64,000 bases of DNA, taken from positions 509,462 to 573,461 of the forward strand of contig JBGAHS010000008.1 of the NCBI GenBank assembly GCA_044226015.1. Direction: 5' to 3'. The notes beneath the pieces were generated by a model that saw only the letters and a list, made by a program, of their open reading frames with translations, was not told the origin of the DNA and made no database searches. Numbering within the stretch: the first letter of the stretch is position 1; each line of letters starts with the position of its first letter. Position numbers and translations under genes: made by a program. Of the stretch, positions 20,810 to 30,769 are shown in pieces. This DNA comes from Candidatus Obscuribacteraceae bacterium. GTDB lineage: Bacteria; Cyanobacteriota; Vampirovibrionia; Obscuribacterales; Obscuribacteraceae.

Positions 20810-21046
20810 GGAGTTCTGGCTTAGAAACTTTTTCGACTTAGAACTTGGAACTGGGGACACTGGAACTTGGGAGGAACTTGGACTCAGGGTCCGAAATCAA
20901 AGGACCAGAACAAGAATCCAAGTCTGAATTCTAGAGCCTGAGTCGAATCCCAGAAATCTAGAGTCTGATTCTGAGTCGAAATCCAGTGCTAAGTTGCAAG
21001 TCTTGGATTTTGGAGCTTAAACTTGGCATTTACGGCTATTAAGAGA

Positions 21047-23788
21047 TTAGCTCTTCTCACACGCTGCGAGCATCAACTTCACGAGGAGAAATTGCGGCAC
21101 GCGCAAAGCCCGCTTGTCATAGTTTTCCCGGCAAAGACCAATTTTTTTGTCTGACTCTTTCAGAAATTCACGAGCACGTTGTATTTGCCCTTGTGATAGA
21201 AAGTACTTTCCGAGTTCTGCTTGCAGGGCTGCCTTTGCGGCCCCGGTCCTTTCATTAACAACAGCAGGAGCATCTAACAAGCCCAAAGCAAGATCTTCCT
21301 TTCCGCAAACCATGAGAACTCTCATGTACTCTCTTGCGCAATTATAATTATCATCTCGTCCTACACCATCGATTTGGATGAGATTGCTAAAACAATTACC
21401 GGCAACTTTCAGACAAATCTCCTCCATCTTGCTGTAGCCAGCCGAGGGATCTATCAATGAAACCTTATGATAGAGTTCGGCCAACTCCACAGCAACAAAA
21501 ACATCAAACCCGCTGATATTCTTTTTCCTAATATCTCCGTACTTGGCTAACTCGACCAGGCATTCTTTTGCGAAATCATTTTGACCAGCGAGAAGCGCAT
21601 ACTTAGCAAGACTGAGATTCATACGGATCTGGTAATCGATGTACCACTTTTTCACCGAGGAGTCGGTAGTTTCATTTAGTTCATAAAACTGCGCCCTATA
21701 CTTGAGAGCCTGCTTCAAATCACCAGCATACATAGCACTTACGGCTAGCCCTACAAGACAGGCTGACTTAGATTTGGCATAATCAGACTCACCATGTTTC
21801 CAGAGCTCACACGAGCGGAGGGCTTCATCGGCGCACCGTACAGCCAGAACTTTGTTATTCAGCTCAATCGCCATTTGAGAATAGAAAAGCAAAGAATCAT
21901 ATTTTGTAATGCGGCTCTTACCGATGTTCTGATCCAAGTTATGAAAGCTCTTGATCAAGTTATCTTGTATCTCCAAGCCCGAACTCATCTGAGAGTCAAA
22001 ACACTTTTGAGCTAACTTGTAATCCAAATACCTGATTCGAGAGATGGCAGCACCCCGTAGACTCAACTCCTGCTCTCTATGAAAGTGCTTGAAACCCAAC
22101 AACCCTGATATTTTGCTTACACTTTTGCCTTCGCTTGAGCGCAGCTGACTTGCAGGATCAAACTGCTGAATGTTCGCAAGATAATATTTCAATGCTCCAC
22201 TAGTATTCTTACAACAGAGTTCAGCATCTCCCTTGGCCAAGTTGAAGAAGCCCAAAACTACTTGATCAACATTGATCAACTCAGCATACTTCGATGAAAA
22301 GACTCGCAAATGCTCCCTTACATAGTCATAGTCTCCAACCTGCAACATAGCCAAAGACACGCCTAGCACACCGTCTTTGAATACGATTGCATCTTGAAAC
22401 TTCAGACAATAATCAAAAATCGCCTGTCCGTACTCTCTTACAATTTGCCAGTCTTCGGACTCCACCGCACTATTTACTCGATCGCGCAAGACGCGATATT
22501 TGAGAACATTGTCCTGATTGGAACTTTTTAGGTTTGTCAGTGCAACGACAACCCTTTGCCACCATTGACGAGAGTCAGGAAACATTTTTCTTTTGCTATA
22601 GGCGTCAGCAATTAGCTGCAGCATCTGAATTTTGTCCGATGGCATACAGAGGGGATCTTTGTCGTATTGATCAACCCACTTCTTTGCCAACTCAATGCGG
22701 AGAGTCAAATCATCTTCCTGAGACAAGAGTTTTGCCATTGCGACGTACTGCCTGGGCAAAACCGATGGAAGATGCGACTGCTGATTGCTCACATTCGTGA
22801 GCTTGACCGATTCAGTTTTTCGAAACCAGAAAAAGGCGGCTACTGAAGCTAAGGCAACAACAACTAGAACTGCCGTCAAGTAAAGCCCCAGAGCAGGGCG
22901 TGCATCCAGCTTATCTTTCTCGAAGACATGAGCTGATGGATCATCAAGCAGTGCCTGCCAAGCATTCGCTACTTCTTCCATCGATGCCATTCTGTCTATC
23001 GGATTTTTTTGCAACATCTTCAAGAGAACAGCTATGACTCCCGCAGGAACTCTGTTTCGAATGAGCGTCATGCGCGGAGAAGGGTCTTCGCTGGCATGCT
23101 TGAACAAGACACCAATAGCGGCGTCAGCATCAAATAAGAACTGACCAGACATCAGTTCGTAGGCGATACAAGCCAGAGCATAAATGTCGCTTCGTTCGTT
23201 AGCCTTTGATTTGGTCAATTCGGGACTCATATAGTTTGCACTGCCGATTAGCTGACCAGTCAAAGTCAACTTCTGTAAATCGTCCGTGTCGAACATTGCT
23301 TTTGAAAGACCGAAATCAACTAACTTGATTGTGTCTGGCTCAGGCTTCTGTAAAATCATCACATTATCAGGCTTCAAGTCACGATGTACAACAAGCTCAG
23401 AGTGCGCATATTCCATGGCGTTCGCGATTTGAATAACTATTCTTGCCACTCGCTGCCAGGCAAGAGAATTTTCGCGAATTAAAACACTGCGCAAACTCTC
23501 GCCTTCGATGAATTCGCAGACCGCATACGGAACATTATCTCCATCAAGGGCAAGTCCATAGATGGTCATAATATTTGGATGAGAGAGTTTCGATAAAAGC
23601 TTAAACTCACGGTAAAACCGTTCCTGCCCTTCCTCACTTAGTTCTTCACTTCGCAGCAACTTTAATGCAACGAATCGCCCAGCATCAGTTTGCTCCGCCT
23701 TGTAGACAGTGCCCATACCACCAGCACCAAGCTCAGAGATGATCTTGTACCTGTTCTGAAAAATTTCGCCAACTAAGAGTTTGCGCAT
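21047..23788 (-). CDS. Hanks-type Ser/Thr protein kinase with TM segment and C-terminal helical/TPR-like sensor region
   Basis: GAGGMGTVYKA, VALK, HRDLKPDN, DFG, YMSPE, SDIYALA; TM LGLYLTAVLVVVALASVAAFFWF; ATG 23788 preferred as start. Confidence 0.93.
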   Translation of the reverse strand: MRKLLVGEIFQNRYKIISELGAGGMGTVYKAEQTDAGRFVALKLLRSEELSEEGQERFYREFKLLSKLSHPNIMTIYGLALDGDNVPYAVCEFIEGESLRSVLIRENSLAWQRVARIVIQIANAMEYAHSELVVHRDLKPDNVMILQKPEPDTIKLVDFGLSKAMFDTDDLQKLTLTGQLIGSANYMSPELTKSKANERSDIYALACIAYELMSGQFLFDADAAIGVLFKHASEDPSPRMTLIRNRVPAGVIAVLLKMLQKNPIDRMASMEEVANAWQALLDDPSAHVFEKDKLDARPALGLYLTAVLVVVALASVAAFFWFRKTESVKLTNVSNQQSHLPSVLPRQYVAMAKLLSQEDDLTLRIELAKKWVDQYDKDPLCMPSDKIQMLQLIADAYSKRKMFPDSRQWWQRVVVALTNLKSSNQDNVLKYRVLRDRVNSAVESEDWQIVREYGQAIFDYCLKFQDAIVFKDGVLGVSLAMLQVGDYDYVREHLRVFSSKYAELINVDQVVLGFFNLAKGDAELCCKNTSGALKYYLANIQQFDPASQLRSSEGKSVSKISGLLGFKHFHREQELSLRGAAISRIRYLDYKLAQKCFDSQMSSGLEIQDNLIKSFHNLDQNIGKSRITKYDSLLFYSQMAIELNNKVLAVRCADEALRSCELWKHGESDYAKSKSACLVGLAVSAMYAGDLKQALKYRAQFYELNETTDSSVKKWYIDYQIRMNLSLAKYALLAGQNDFAKECLVELAKYGDIRKKNISGFDVFVAVELAELYHKVSLIDPSAGYSKMEEICLKVAGNCFSNLIQIDGVGRDDNYNCAREYMRVLMVCGKEDLALGLLDAPAVVNERTGAAKAALQAELGKYFLSQGQIQRAREFLKESDKKIGLCRENYDKRALRVPQFLLVKLMLAACEKS

Positions 23789-24068
23789 TTTTTCTGGAGC
23801 CCCCCCGAAACGAGCATACCACTGGTGCCTTATAAGCAGCAATGGTGCCCTTCTTTACGAGTTCTCTGAGTTGATCATGGCGAGGTTCAAGACAGGTAGA
23901 TACAATATCTGCCACTTGGTACTCTTATGCTCGCGGATTGCAACAGTCCAAATGCGTTCCAGTTATGCGAATTAGAGCATGCACAGGTTCTGTATCCCAG
24001 ATCGCAGCGGTTAGATTTCTGCATTTATTGGTAGGAATAGCATGTACTAGCTTTTCGAGGTTAGAAAA

Positions 24069-25118
24069 GTGGCACTCCAACGGCTCAATAAATTTGCTTT
24101 GTTTAGTTCGGCAACACTGCGAAGCCTTTTCTGCTCTGCAAGCATGGTTTTATTGCTCTCTGCCAGCTTGAGCGCCTGCGGCCCCAAGCCTGACGCAGAG
24201 AAGGCTGATGACGACACCGAAACCAGCACGAAAGCAGCTAGCGAAGAAGAAGTCGAAGACCTCGAAGACACTTCCTCGAAGAAGTCTCACGAACCGAAAA
24301 AACGCTTGAGCACGGAAGGCAAGCATACAGGCGAGATGGTTGATGGTTATGAAATTGAGCAGCGCAATGAATTTCTTGGACCAACGACCTTGAAAGTAAG
24401 TAAGTATGGCGCAAGACTGGAGTCGCCAAACTTGACCTGCATTATTCTTCCCGGAAAAGAAGCTATGGCTTACAATCCCGACAACGGAAATTCGATGCAA
24501 TTAACATCGCGAAGTGCAGCAATGCTTGCGGGAAAACGTCCAAACGAAGGACCATCAGTAGAAGTTACAGAAAAGAGCAAAACATCCGACTTGATTGCAG
24601 ACATGAAATGCAGCCGCTATGTCGTTCACAAACTCTTTTTAAGAAAAAGATTGAGGAAGGGCGAAGCAGTTCCTGACAGCAAAGGAAAAACCGCAAAGGA
24701 ACTAAAGAAAGATGGCTGGAGAGAAGAGTGGAGCACCGAAATTTGGGCTACCAAAGAACTTAAAGTGCCACCACAGGTTATGAAAGATTGTGCACGACTA
24801 ACTATGATGCCGCCCGACCTGGGCTTTCCTATGCGCATCGAAAAAATGAATGCCGCAGTCACTCTTGAGCAAAATGGTAGCGTGGCGAACACCCAACATG
24901 TAGCAAGTCGAATCAAATCAAAATATGTAATTGACACAAGCAAGGTCAAGCCAGCAAAGTTCGACAAGGGAGATTTTGCCCACCTTGATGGATACAAGGA
25001 AGTCAAAGACGAAATGGCGCTCATGATGAGCGGGGATGAGTCTGAGCTTGAAGATATCGGAATGGATGACGAAAGCCCAAAATCCAAGAAAAAGTCTACG
25101 ACCGCGCCTGAAGACTAA
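24069..25118 (+). CDS. Predicted lipoprotein, possibly DUF4412-like
   Basis: Lipobox-like LLLSASLSAC, acidic linker, then a beta-rich domain with IWAT...GFPMRI. Confidence 0.7.
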   Translation: MALQRLNKFALFSSATLRSLFCSASMVLLLSASLSACGPKPDAEKADDDTETSTKAASEEEVEDLEDTSSKKSHEPKKRLSTEGKHTGEMVDGYEIEQRNEFLGPTTLKVSKYGARLESPNLTCIILPGKEAMAYNPDNGNSMQLTSRSAAMLAGKRPNEGPSVEVTEKSKTSDLIADMKCSRYVVHKLFLRKRLRKGEAVPDSKGKTAKELKKDGWREEWSTEIWATKELKVPPQVMKDCARLTMMPPDLGFPMRIEKMNAAVTLEQNGSVANTQHVASRIKSKYVIDTSKVKPAKFDKGDFAHLDGYKEVKDEMALMMSGDESELEDIGMDDESPKSKKKSTTAPED

Positions 25119-25263
25119 TAGCGCAAGTGAACGGCGATGGCCACATGCATGCGTTCCTCAATTAATCTGCCTATGAGAGTTTTCTTTGACACTCTCAGTC
25201 AAATTCACATCTCGAAACCTAGACAAGAAAAGCTTCTCTGCGCCATTCTCAAGCAAAGTGATG

Positions 25264-25640
25264 CAGTCCAATTCAAGAACTACACCGGTACCGTTGCAGT
25301 TTTCCTAAAGCCACAGTGCTTTGAGCGGCGCTCGTTTCGACGATGATCAGAAAAACACTTGTGAATATCTTCGCCAAGAAATTAGCAGTCCAATTTCAGA
25401 AACTGCACCGGTACCGTTGCAGTTTTCCAAAATTCTAAGACCTTTGGTAGCAGGTGGTTTCGCCAGGAATCAGAAAAACACAAGAGATCTATTACTGTAA
25501 GAAAAACAATAGTCCAATCAAAAGACTGCGCCGGTACCGGCGCAGTTTCTAAAAGCGCCGATTCGTTTGGTAGGAGGGCGTTTTATGCCCAAGCAGAAAA
25601 AGCACCAAGAATATCTTCGAAAAAGCTTCCCAGTCCAATT
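25264..25640. repeat. Array of three ~123-bp diverged units (plus the start of a fourth), each with a palindromic core
   Basis: AGTCCAAT recurs at 25265, 25387, 25511 and 25632. Cores are aactacaccggtaccgttgcagtt (25278), aactgcaccggtaccgttgcagtt (25401) and the perfect palindrome actgcgccggtaccggcgcagt (25525). CAGAAAAA recurs in each unit. Confidence 0.85.
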
Positions 25641-25693
25641 TAACCATTTACCAAAAGAGAAAATTTGAAGGTCGACTGTGAGAGCTAAGCATT

Positions 25694-26536
25694 TTACTGC
25701 TCCCGCAGATTGGTCATTTCTGCCGCAATGCAAGCGGCAATGCAAGCTGCATTGGAAGCAGCCTCTCTGACTGCTGGAATTATTTCGCCTTTTTCCAGGG
25801 TGCCGAGATACTCATTATTTGAAATACCTCGAACCGCTAAGAATGGGACTCGATGCTTCGCCGCAATCTGTGCGACAAATGCGCTTTCCATATCTTCGCA
25901 GTCCACTCCAAATTCCGCGCGAATGAAATCCAGCTCGCGCTTATCCTTCGTCCACCCATCCTGCGAACCTAGACAAGCGAAAACTGCTTTAGGAACACGA
26001 CGGCTTTGCGCCGCCGGCCAGCCTGCAGCTGACCATGCTTGCAGCTTAGGCATCGCCTTTTCCAGCGCGACTGCAGACACCCCGAGCAGATTGCCGTCCG
26101 CTTCCAATTGTTCGACATGCACTCCCTCACCGTCCTGTGAAAATCTTATTCCTTTATTCGACAATAACAAAGACTTCCTGGCTTCCAAAATAGAAGGCGA
26201 ACATAACGGCTTATAGGAGCGCCCTATCACAATATCACCGGGCATAAGCTCGGGATTCATTGCCCCAGCAGAGCCGGAATGTAGCACCGCATCTGGTGCA
26301 AATGACATAAGACGCTCAGTGGCAGCAGCAGCATTGGCAGGACCAATATATGACACGATGAATAACAATTCCACTCCCTGATGACTCGCAGAATACCACT
26401 CCCAGGGGTGCTTTTCTATCAGATGCAAGCCAGGAAAGTGACCAAAATAAGCTTGGAGCTCAATCTTCGTAGGAATTACAAAACCTACCCTCACTGACTT
26501 TCTTTTTTCAATTAGCGAAGAAGATTCAGTCAACAA
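25694..26536 (-). CDS. MTA/SAH nucleosidase (PNP_UDP_1) family protein
   Basis: IGPANAA, HSGSAGAMNPELMPGDIVIG, EDMESAFVAQIA and AVRGISN motifs. Confidence 0.85.
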   Translation of the reverse strand: MLTESSSLIEKRKSVRVGFVIPTKIELQAYFGHFPGLHLIEKHPWEWYSASHQGVELLFIVSYIGPANAAAATERLMSFAPDAVLHSGSAGAMNPELMPGDIVIGRSYKPLCSPSILEARKSLLLSNKGIRFSQDGEGVHVEQLEADGNLLGVSAVALEKAMPKLQAWSAAGWPAAQSRRVPKAVFACLGSQDGWTKDKRELDFIRAEFGVDCEDMESAFVAQIAAKHRVPFLAVRGISNNEYLGTLEKGEIIPAVREAASNAACIAACIAAEMTNLREQ

Positions 26537-26548
26537 AAATACCCCTTA

Positions 26549-28648
26549 CTAATGGGTAATTGAATTTGCTTGCTCATGAAGTTCAATGGCTCTGAAAATA
26601 TCGCCACAATTCCATGAAGCCACTGCATATCCATCAAGAAAATGCTGCATCAATTCCGCATCGTGAGAGAATTTGTTCTTGGCATAGCTATATGCTTTCA
26701 GGTAATAAACTCTGGCCTGATTGTAGTTTTTTAGTTCCGAATTGGTAGATGCAAGAACGAGAGAAAGCTCTTTCAAAATAGGTTTGTATTTATCTGAATG
26801 CAGACTAGCAAGCACACGCTCAGCAGCATCATATTTCATTTTTGCCGTCGAATACTCGCCGTTAAATCTATAGATGTCCCCCATCAAAGCCGCAAGAATA
26901 GCGGACTCACGAGTATTAGTACCACCATTATTTACAATGTCCTCCGCATGCTGGTACTGCGTTAGAGCCAGGTCTCTGTATGATTTAGGGTTGGCTTGTT
27001 TTTCAGCTATTAGCTCAAAAACACTTCCCAAAAGAATGTACGGCTTGGCGCTCATTGCCATTTTTAATTTTTCGCGCAAGATTTCGCATTTTTGCAAATA
27101 CTTATTTGCTTCATCAAGGTTGCCCTGATAATACATGCCTTCTGCGTAGGGCTCTGCCAATTCAATAAAATTCAGGTCTTCATCCATACCCAACCGCTCA
27201 TATATTTCCATCGCAGAACGGCGAGCCGAAAGTTCTTCACCTGTAGCCCCAAGCCTGGCACAGTTCTTCGCCAGCCGCACATACTGCTCAGCAGTGTGCA
27301 CTGATATCTCCTGATGGACAAGCTTTGAAAAATGGCTTGCCAAACGCCCGCCATCGAGATCGTGCTGTATTTCTTCAGGTGCCAAATTCGCAGTCTTCTT
27401 CTTCGGCTTGAGATACTCCATCCAGTGAGTTGGTGCCGCTGCGATTTTTCTACTCTCGAAGAACCAGGAACATTTCGACCATGCGTAACTTGAGGCGCCA
27501 ACCAGTAATAAAACCAAAAAGGAATACAAAAGGACGGTTTTGGGTGTAGCGCGCAAAAATCGAAGAAAGCTACGCTGCTGACGTGCGATACCAGATTCAA
27601 TACCAATTTTAAGACCGGTACTGCGCATTCCAGAATCTAAACTTGCCAGCACAGCATTAACGTCTTTTTCAAAAGCTCCCATGGTCTGATAGCGCTTATC
27701 AGGGTCTTTCTCAAGAGCTTTGAAAACAATGGTATCAAGTCGATTTAGCAAGTTTTTGTCAAGATCAGGAATAACCAGCGATGCAGGAATCTCGCTGATA
27801 TGCTTATGAAAAGTCTCAAAAACATTGTTGCCCATGTGAGGCGGAGTACCGCCCAGAGTCTCGTACAAAACGCAGCCAATAGCGTAAACGTCCGAGCGAA
27901 CATCGACCGTACGACCCATACACTGCTCGGGACTCATGTACATCGGGCTGCCAAAAATATCACCTGTCTGCGTCAGGCGATGAGCAGCTTCACCCTCTTG
28001 AGGAAGTATTTTTGCAATACCAAAATCAACGATTTTCACCAGTGGTGGCTCACCTTCTTTATGCAAGAGCATGATGTTGCTTGGTTTCAAATCGCGGTGT
28101 ATTACACCCTTTTGATGCGCGTGTTCAAGTGCATTGCAAACTTGAGAGAAGATTTGCAGAGTCTCTTTAACAGGAACTCGACCATGAGCCTTTATTCGCT
28201 CAGATAGTGACTCCCCCTCCAGATAATCCATGACGATGTAAGGCTTGGAGTCTTCACCGCCAGTGATACCAAATTGATAAACCTTAACCACATTTGGATG
28301 TTCAAGAGCAATCGTGGCTTGCGCTTCCTGCTTAAATCGCATCAACGCATTCGTGTCACTGGCAAGATGCGCATGCATGGTCTTAACAGCTACAACTTTA
28401 TTCAAGACCACCCAATGAGCTTTGTAGACCACAGACATGCCGCCTTTTCCAAGAATGTCCGTGATTCTAAATTTGTCATCGATAATCTGTCCGATAAGTG
28501 AGCGCTCAATTCTTTCGGCGCTCATTTCCATATCCAGGCTTGAATCAACTAAATTAGCAAGTTCCAGACTCACCAATGACGGCACAGTTCCACCATCATC
28601 GACCAATGGTCTGCGCTTTTCATTATCAGACGAGTCATCTGCTTGCAT
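26549..28648 (-). CDS. Hanks-type Ser/Thr protein kinase with TM segment and C-terminal TPRs
   Basis: GKGGMSVVYKA, VAVK, HRDLKPSN, DFG, GSPMYMSPEQ, SDVYAIG; TM LLYSFLVLLLVGA. Confidence 0.95.
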   Translation of the reverse strand: MQADDSSDNEKRRPLVDDGGTVPSLVSLELANLVDSSLDMEMSAERIERSLIGQIIDDKFRITDILGKGGMSVVYKAHWVVLNKVVAVKTMHAHLASDTNALMRFKQEAQATIALEHPNVVKVYQFGITGGEDSKPYIVMDYLEGESLSERIKAHGRVPVKETLQIFSQVCNALEHAHQKGVIHRDLKPSNIMLLHKEGEPPLVKIVDFGIAKILPQEGEAAHRLTQTGDIFGSPMYMSPEQCMGRTVDVRSDVYAIGCVLYETLGGTPPHMGNNVFETFHKHISEIPASLVIPDLDKNLLNRLDTIVFKALEKDPDKRYQTMGAFEKDVNAVLASLDSGMRSTGLKIGIESGIARQQRSFLRFLRATPKTVLLYSFLVLLLVGASSYAWSKCSWFFESRKIAAAPTHWMEYLKPKKKTANLAPEEIQHDLDGGRLASHFSKLVHQEISVHTAEQYVRLAKNCARLGATGEELSARRSAMEIYERLGMDEDLNFIELAEPYAEGMYYQGNLDEANKYLQKCEILREKLKMAMSAKPYILLGSVFELIAEKQANPKSYRDLALTQYQHAEDIVNNGGTNTRESAILAALMGDIYRFNGEYSTAKMKYDAAERVLASLHSDKYKPILKELSLVLASTNSELKNYNQARVYYLKAYSYAKNKFSHDAELMQHFLDGYAVASWNCGDIFRAIELHEQANSITH

Positions 28649-28685
28649 TTAGTAAGCTCCAGCCCCTGGAACCATCGTATCGCGT

Positions 28686-29654
28686 CTACTGTTGCTGCTG
28701 TTCTTGCTGTTGTTTCAACTGCTGAATCTGTTCATCTATATTCCCAGAAAACACAGGAATATTAAGTGCTTCGGTTTTCTCAGCCGCCAGTTCTGTCGGA
28801 ATCGACTCTAGCTGCTCGGACTCCACGACTACATCTATGTCTTCAGCCCCTTCACCTTTGTATACACCTTTATTCGGAGGTACGTCCTGGTAGTTTCGAC
28901 CAACAGCCACCTTAACAAAGTTCTCTCCCACCACGCAGTTATTGGTCGGGTCGATGCCGACCCAGCCGACCGAAGGAATGTAGATTTCAATCCACGCGTG
29001 GGTTTGAGCATAGCCACGAAATCTTTGCTTATCTGGATGGATATAACCGCTCACATAACGCGCCGGTATATTCAGCGCACGAGCTAAGCCCAAGAGAAGG
29101 TGCGTAAAGTCCTGACAGACGCCTCGTCGATGTTCAAGAATCTCAGTGATTGGGCTGGCAGCAGTAGTCACGCCCTTTTCGTAGGTGAACTCTTCATCAA
29201 CAGTGCGAAGCATAGCAAGCGCTAAATCGCCCAGCTTTATGCCGCCATTTTTTGGAGCTTTATCAACTAACTGGGCAGCAAGATCACGCAAGAGAGGCGT
29301 GTCCACCACCGGACCGCCGAACTGCAAGAAGTCATAAAGCGTGTAATCCCAAACAGTTTCTCCAGTCCACTCATCGGGAAGTCTGTGCAAATCAACTGTG
29401 TACTGGTTCGTCTCTACGACACTTGTGGCAATAATCTGTATTTTGTTGTGCAAAGCATTGATAGAAAATGCGTGAACAGAATTGCCCAACCAATCAAAGT
29501 AACTCTTAACATTCGAGGCAGGACCTATCGCCAGGCTGAACGAAAGGCGATGTTGATGAGCTTCTTGTCGGGGTGCCATTCTCAATTCCATCACCGATTC
29601 GTTGATGTAATCGGAATACAAAAGGTCTGTCTGATGTTTTATAGATAAAAGCAT
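28686..29654 (-). CDS. Transglutaminase family protein (Bact_transglu_N + transglutaminase core) with Gln-rich tail
   Basis: GVCQDFTH (Cys), THAW (His), DPTNN (Asp), GRNYQDVPP; ends QQLKQQQEQQQQ. Confidence 0.93.
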   Translation of the reverse strand: MLLSIKHQTDLLYSDYINESVMELRMAPRQEAHQHRLSFSLAIGPASNVKSYFDWLGNSVHAFSINALHNKIQIIATSVVETNQYTVDLHRLPDEWTGETVWDYTLYDFLQFGGPVVDTPLLRDLAAQLVDKAPKNGGIKLGDLALAMLRTVDEEFTYEKGVTTAASPITEILEHRRGVCQDFTHLLLGLARALNIPARYVSGYIHPDKQRFRGYAQTHAWIEIYIPSVGWVGIDPTNNCVVGENFVKVAVGRNYQDVPPNKGVYKGEGAEDIDVVVESEQLESIPTELAAEKTEALNIPVFSGNIDEQIQQLKQQQEQQQQ

Positions 29655-29663
29655 AATTTCACT

Positions 29664-30710
29664 TTAGTGCAGGAAGTAGGAACGTTGAATGGCTGAGGCT
29701 GCCTGTCCGGTGTTTTCGAGAATTTGCCGCAGAACGTATTTTAGCCCGGCGCCACCAAATTCACGCGACTCAGCGTACTCGAGCTGAGAACTCAAGCGAC
29801 CCAAAACGCGCTCAGCGTGGTCAATCTCCAAAGGATGAACAGCCATTGCAATACCGGCAACAGCATCTTGAGCTTGCTTCACACAGTAACGAATAGAGCG
29901 AGGAGATTCTTTATCAAGAATCAGAAATGCAGCCAGTCTTTGCGGGTCAAGGTCTCCAACGTGCCTTCGACGAAATGCTTCAATTGAACTACACGCACGC
30001 AAGACAGCCATCCATCTGATGTTGTTCAATGGTGTTTCCAACACACTTTCGCCCCTGAGAATGTCGAACTTTGCCTCGATAGTTCGACAAGTCATATCGA
30101 CGCGTTCTAAATATTTCGCCAGCTGGATAAACTGCCAACCTTGACCGTGAGGCAAAGTTTGGTCCGATACACCCTGAAACAACATTGAACCCATCATCAC
30201 AGACTGGAATATTTGTTGAGGGCTCTCTTCTAATCGCTGCCTCGCATCATCTGCGAGTAACGACCAATACAGCGTGTTCAGAGTCTCCCACATCTCAGCG
30301 GAAATTGACTCACGAATACTTCTTGCATTTTCACGTGCTTTAGTAAGGCAATTGATCAGGCTGTTTCGATTTCGCGAATCGAAAGTCATAAAATCGCATA
30401 CACGCTGACCTATATTTCCGCCCGAATGCGAAAGCACTTGCTGACCTTCAGGCGTATTCTCCAGTCGCAAAATTCGAAATACACCCTGATATTCCTTCTC
30501 TTGCATGGAATGAGCAAGTTCACCAAGGTCCATCAACATGTTGTAGTTGACCCACACCACACGAGCCACGTGCTCGGCACGCTCCATGTAACGACTCATC
30601 CAATACATAGATTCGGCTACACGAGCTAACATCGGACGCCCCGTCGGACTGCGAGGAACGCGCCGCTCGCTGACCATAGAAACTAGAGTAGGCGCAGACT
30701 GAGTAGTCAT
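29664..30710 (-). CDS. Alpha-E (DUF403) domain protein
   Basis: MLARVAESMYWMSRYMERAE, ARENARSIRE, YLERVD and PRSIRYC motifs; start may be 30710 or 30767. Confidence 0.93.
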   Translation of the reverse strand: MTTQSAPTLVSMVSERRVPRSPTGRPMLARVAESMYWMSRYMERAEHVARVVWVNYNMLMDLGELAHSMQEKEYQGVFRILRLENTPEGQQVLSHSGGNIGQRVCDFMTFDSRNRNSLINCLTKARENARSIRESISAEMWETLNTLYWSLLADDARQRLEESPQQIFQSVMMGSMLFQGVSDQTLPHGQGWQFIQLAKYLERVDMTCRTIEAKFDILRGESVLETPLNNIRWMAVLRACSSIEAFRRRHVGDLDPQRLAAFLILDKESPRSIRYCVKQAQDAVAGIAMAVHPLEIDHAERVLGRLSSQLEYAESREFGGAGLKYVLRQILENTGQAASAIQRSYFLH

Positions 30711-30769
30711 TGCCCACTCTTCTTTTTTGAAATTGCCTTTTTTGTTTTCTGTTTCTGCTTCCGGCACGA

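Noticed and set aside
25264..25640. CRISPR array
   Set aside because: The period is ~123 bp, the repeats are diverged, the inter-repeat segments resemble each other, and no cas genes are in the window.
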